Shown piece by piece: positions 61,949 through 64,000 of a stretch of DNA of 64,000 bases. The position numbers were made by a program, and so were the translations under genes. Origin of the DNA: a virus. Below the pieces are notes generated by a model. The model had not been told where the DNA came from. It did no database searches and worked only from the letters and a program-made list of their open reading frames with translations. The stretch is from IMG/VR virus record IMGVR_UViG_3300037336_000025, positions 96,001-160,000 of that record; one strand, given 5' to 3'. How positions within the stretch are numbered: position 1 is the first letter of the stretch; each line of letters starts with the position of its first letter.

Positions 61949-62414
61949 ACACGTAGATCTTTTTAATGACATGATTCCTGCTGTTGATCTCGGTATCAAA
62001 GAATTGTGGGACGCTGCTACTGATGAAGGCAAAAAAGAAATTAAAGGCGACTTCTTCAATCTTACTAGATATATCAGCAGTGTTAAGAGCAATAACAGAG
62101 AGCTACAAGAACATTTTGTATTGACTGTCAATGAATTCTACAATAAGAATTGGAATGACATCCAGAAGCATCCTAAGTTAGTATGGCAGACTTTATGTTC
62201 GTGTAGTCATGAAAGCAAGAAGAAACAGTTCCACGAATGGATTCCGTTAAAGAAGCAGAAGAATAAAAAAGTAGCGTTCTTAGCGGAACTGTTTCCCGAT
62301 ATGAAAATGTCGGACGTTGAAACTATGTCTATAATTACAACCGATAAAGAAGTAAAAGCATACTGTGAGAAACTTGGTTGGGATAAGAAAGAAATCAATG
62401 CAATTAAATTTTAA
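61935..62414 (+). CDS. Possible clamp-loader small subunit (gp62-like)
   Basis: Helical; LTRYIS...VNEFYN...HPKL.W...KQFHEWI pattern reminiscent of gp62; weak. Confidence 0.4.
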   Translation: MGKNKHVDLFNDMIPAVDLGIKELWDAATDEGKKEIKGDFFNLTRYISSVKSNNRELQEHFVLTVNEFYNKNWNDIQKHPKLVWQTLCSCSHESKKKQFHEWIPLKKQKNKKVAFLAELFPDMKMSDVETMSIITTDKEVKAYCEKLGWDKKEINAIKF

Positions 62415-63081
62415 GTGCGAACATTGTGAAAAACTATTTGCTAAAGAAAAGACTTTAGTAGTTCACATCTGCGAACAAAAACGTAGGCATTTAAGCAAGG
62501 GCGAGAAACATGTTCAGATGGGGTTGTTAACATTCCAACGTTTCTACGAGCTTACACAAAAAGCAAAACAGGCAAAGACATTTGATGAATTTGCATCAAG
62601 TAGTTTCTATACAGCCTTTGTAAAGTTTGGCAGCTTCACTGTTAATACTGCTCCTATCTATCCAGAACGGTTTGTTGACTTTGTTATCAAGAGCGGAGTT
62701 AAACTGGATCACTGGTGTAGAGACGAATTGTATGACAAATATATTAGCGAGCTTATTAAGATTGAGCCAGCCGATGGTGCAATTCAGCGTACTATAAAAA
62801 CTATGATGGATTGGGCTGATGATAATAAATCACAGTGGGAGCATTACTTTGCCTATGTCAATTTAAATAGAGCTACGCATGATATCAAAGAAGGACTGGT
62901 CAGTCCTTGGATTATATTAAATACCAAAGCTGGTAAAGAGATGCTGAAAGGCATGAATGATGAGCAACTGGCAATTGTAGGGCCAGTTATCGATCCGCAG
63001 TTTTGGATGAGACGTTTTAAATCTCTGCCAGCAGATACAGAATTAGTTAAAGACGTCATCAAGGAGGCGAAGATATTATAA
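62398..63081 (+). CDS. Protein with N-terminal C2H2/C2HC-type zinc finger
   Basis: FKCEHCEKLFAKEKTLVVHIC; start placed at ATG 62398. Confidence 0.65.
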   Translation: MQLNFKCEHCEKLFAKEKTLVVHICEQKRRHLSKGEKHVQMGLLTFQRFYELTQKAKQAKTFDEFASSSFYTAFVKFGSFTVNTAPIYPERFVDFVIKSGVKLDHWCRDELYDKYISELIKIEPADGAIQRTIKTMMDWADDNKSQWEHYFAYVNLNRATHDIKEGLVSPWIILNTKAGKEMLKGMNDEQLAIVGPVIDPQFWMRRFKSLPADTELVKDVIKEAKIL

Positions 63082-63305
63082 TGGCAAAACGACCTGAAGA
63101 AGAAATTAAAGAAATAGAGTTAGCTGAAAACGAAACTTTTATTTCAGATGACGACATTGATGTTGAAGTTGTAGTAACTGAAGATACTAACGAAGTTTTT
63201 GTAAAGTTTTCTGGCTTTGCTGACAGCGAGGATGCTGAGGAATACGCACAGTTCCTAGCAGAAACATTACCTTTACTTTTATTCGAAACAACAAGAATAC
63301 AATAA
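63081..63305 (+). CDS. Small acidic hypothetical protein
   Basis: 74 aa; TAATG-coupled on both sides. Confidence 0.55.
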   Translation: MAKRPEEEIKEIELAENETFISDDDIDVEVVVTEDTNEVFVKFSGFADSEDAEEYAQFLAETLPLLLFETTRIQ

Positions 63306-63883
63306 TGCCAGATATTGATATTGACTTTTTAGATAGAGAACACGCATTAACATTGTTTAAGCACGTTGGTGCTAGTCGTGTTGACAATAACAAACTAGTT
63401 AAACATAACACTGGAGTTTACATGCACGAAGTTCCAGTTGACGCAATTACTGGACTGTGCAGTGTTCCTTATAATGAAGCAGATAACGAAGGATACTTTA
63501 AAATTGACTTTCTTAATGTTGGCATTTACAAAGGTGTAAGAGATGAAACTCATCTTGTAGAATTAATGAACAACGAACCACTATGGGACTTACTAGAGCA
63601 GGACGATTTCAGTAATCTGCTGTTTCATGTAAACGGTCATGGTTCTATTCTGAGATCAATGAAGCCAACTAGTATAGAACAATTAGCGGCAATTTTGGCA
63701 ATGATCCGGCCTGCGAAACGTTATCTAATTGGAAAAGATTGGACTACGGTAATGAACGAGGTATGGACAAAGCCAGCGGGCGATGAATACTTCTTTAAGA
63801 AGTCCCATGCCACTGCATATGCTGTTGCTATTGTGGTGCAGATGAATCTAATCTGTGAAGGAATTAGTTACGGATTTAGTTAA
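63305..63883 (+). CDS. Miniature DNA polymerase III alpha (DnaE)-like core
   Basis: PDIDIDF, KHNTGVY, KIDFLNV, AMIRP and FKKSHATAYA occur in the correct order within 192 aa. Confidence 0.8.
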   Translation: MPDIDIDFLDREHALTLFKHVGASRVDNNKLVKHNTGVYMHEVPVDAITGLCSVPYNEADNEGYFKIDFLNVGIYKGVRDETHLVELMNNEPLWDLLEQDDFSNLLFHVNGHGSILRSMKPTSIEQLAAILAMIRPAKRYLIGKDWTTVMNEVWTKPAGDEYFFKKSHATAYAVAIVVQMNLICEGISYGFS

Positions 63884-63999
63884 GTAGGTTTTCTGACTAG
63901 AGTAATTGATTTACGTTTGATACGTTTTACAATAATATTGTTTAGGCTTGTGCATGGGCCAAACATAACTTTTACATCCTTAGTTGAAAAGTTTTTAAT
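63880..63999 (-). CDS. 3' end of a basic hypothetical protein, truncated by the window edge
   Basis: Open frame IKNFSTKDVKVMFGPCTSLNNIIVKRIKRKSITLVRKPT-stop, convergent with the DnaE-like gene. Confidence 0.5.
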   Translation of the reverse strand: MKNFSTKDVKVMFGPCTSLNNIIVKRIKRKSITLVRKPT

Positions 64000-64000
64000 A

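Noticed and set aside
63305-63883. Split-intein DnaE of the cyanobacterial type
   Set aside because: Neither terminus has intein block A or block F/G residues.

Overview
A 64 kb segment of a large T4-superfamily myophage genome, densely coded in the standard genetic code; the host cannot be determined from this window. Left to right: fibre-like virion genes including two giant paralogous proteins (1859 and 2458 aa); an S74-chaperone fibre, two tandem Cys/Gly-rich adhesin-like paralogs and a fibre-assembly protein; a GT9 / carbamoyltransferase / 2OG-Fe(II) oxygenase cluster; neck, tail terminator, sheath, tube, gp4 and terminase genes; gp32-uvsX-uvsY; an about 8 kb glycan-biosynthesis island; uvsW; and a replication-associated block ending in a 192-aa DnaE-like protein. 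The strongest signal is a fractured terminase large subunit. An atypically split intein (39-aa IntN, 112-aa IntC ending His-Gln) sits in the Walker B motif, and a free-standing HNH gene lies between the halves. An out-of-frame synonymous copy of the C-extein start (DEFAFV) follows the IntN stop and overlaps the HNH gene's late promoter. Two GIY-YIG endonuclease insertions also leave duplicated relics of their target sites. Many genes have TAARTA only 4-5 nt before the ATG, which suggests leaderless late mRNAs. I found no tRNA, rRNA or CRISPR array. All product calls come from motif recognition by eye, not from database searches.
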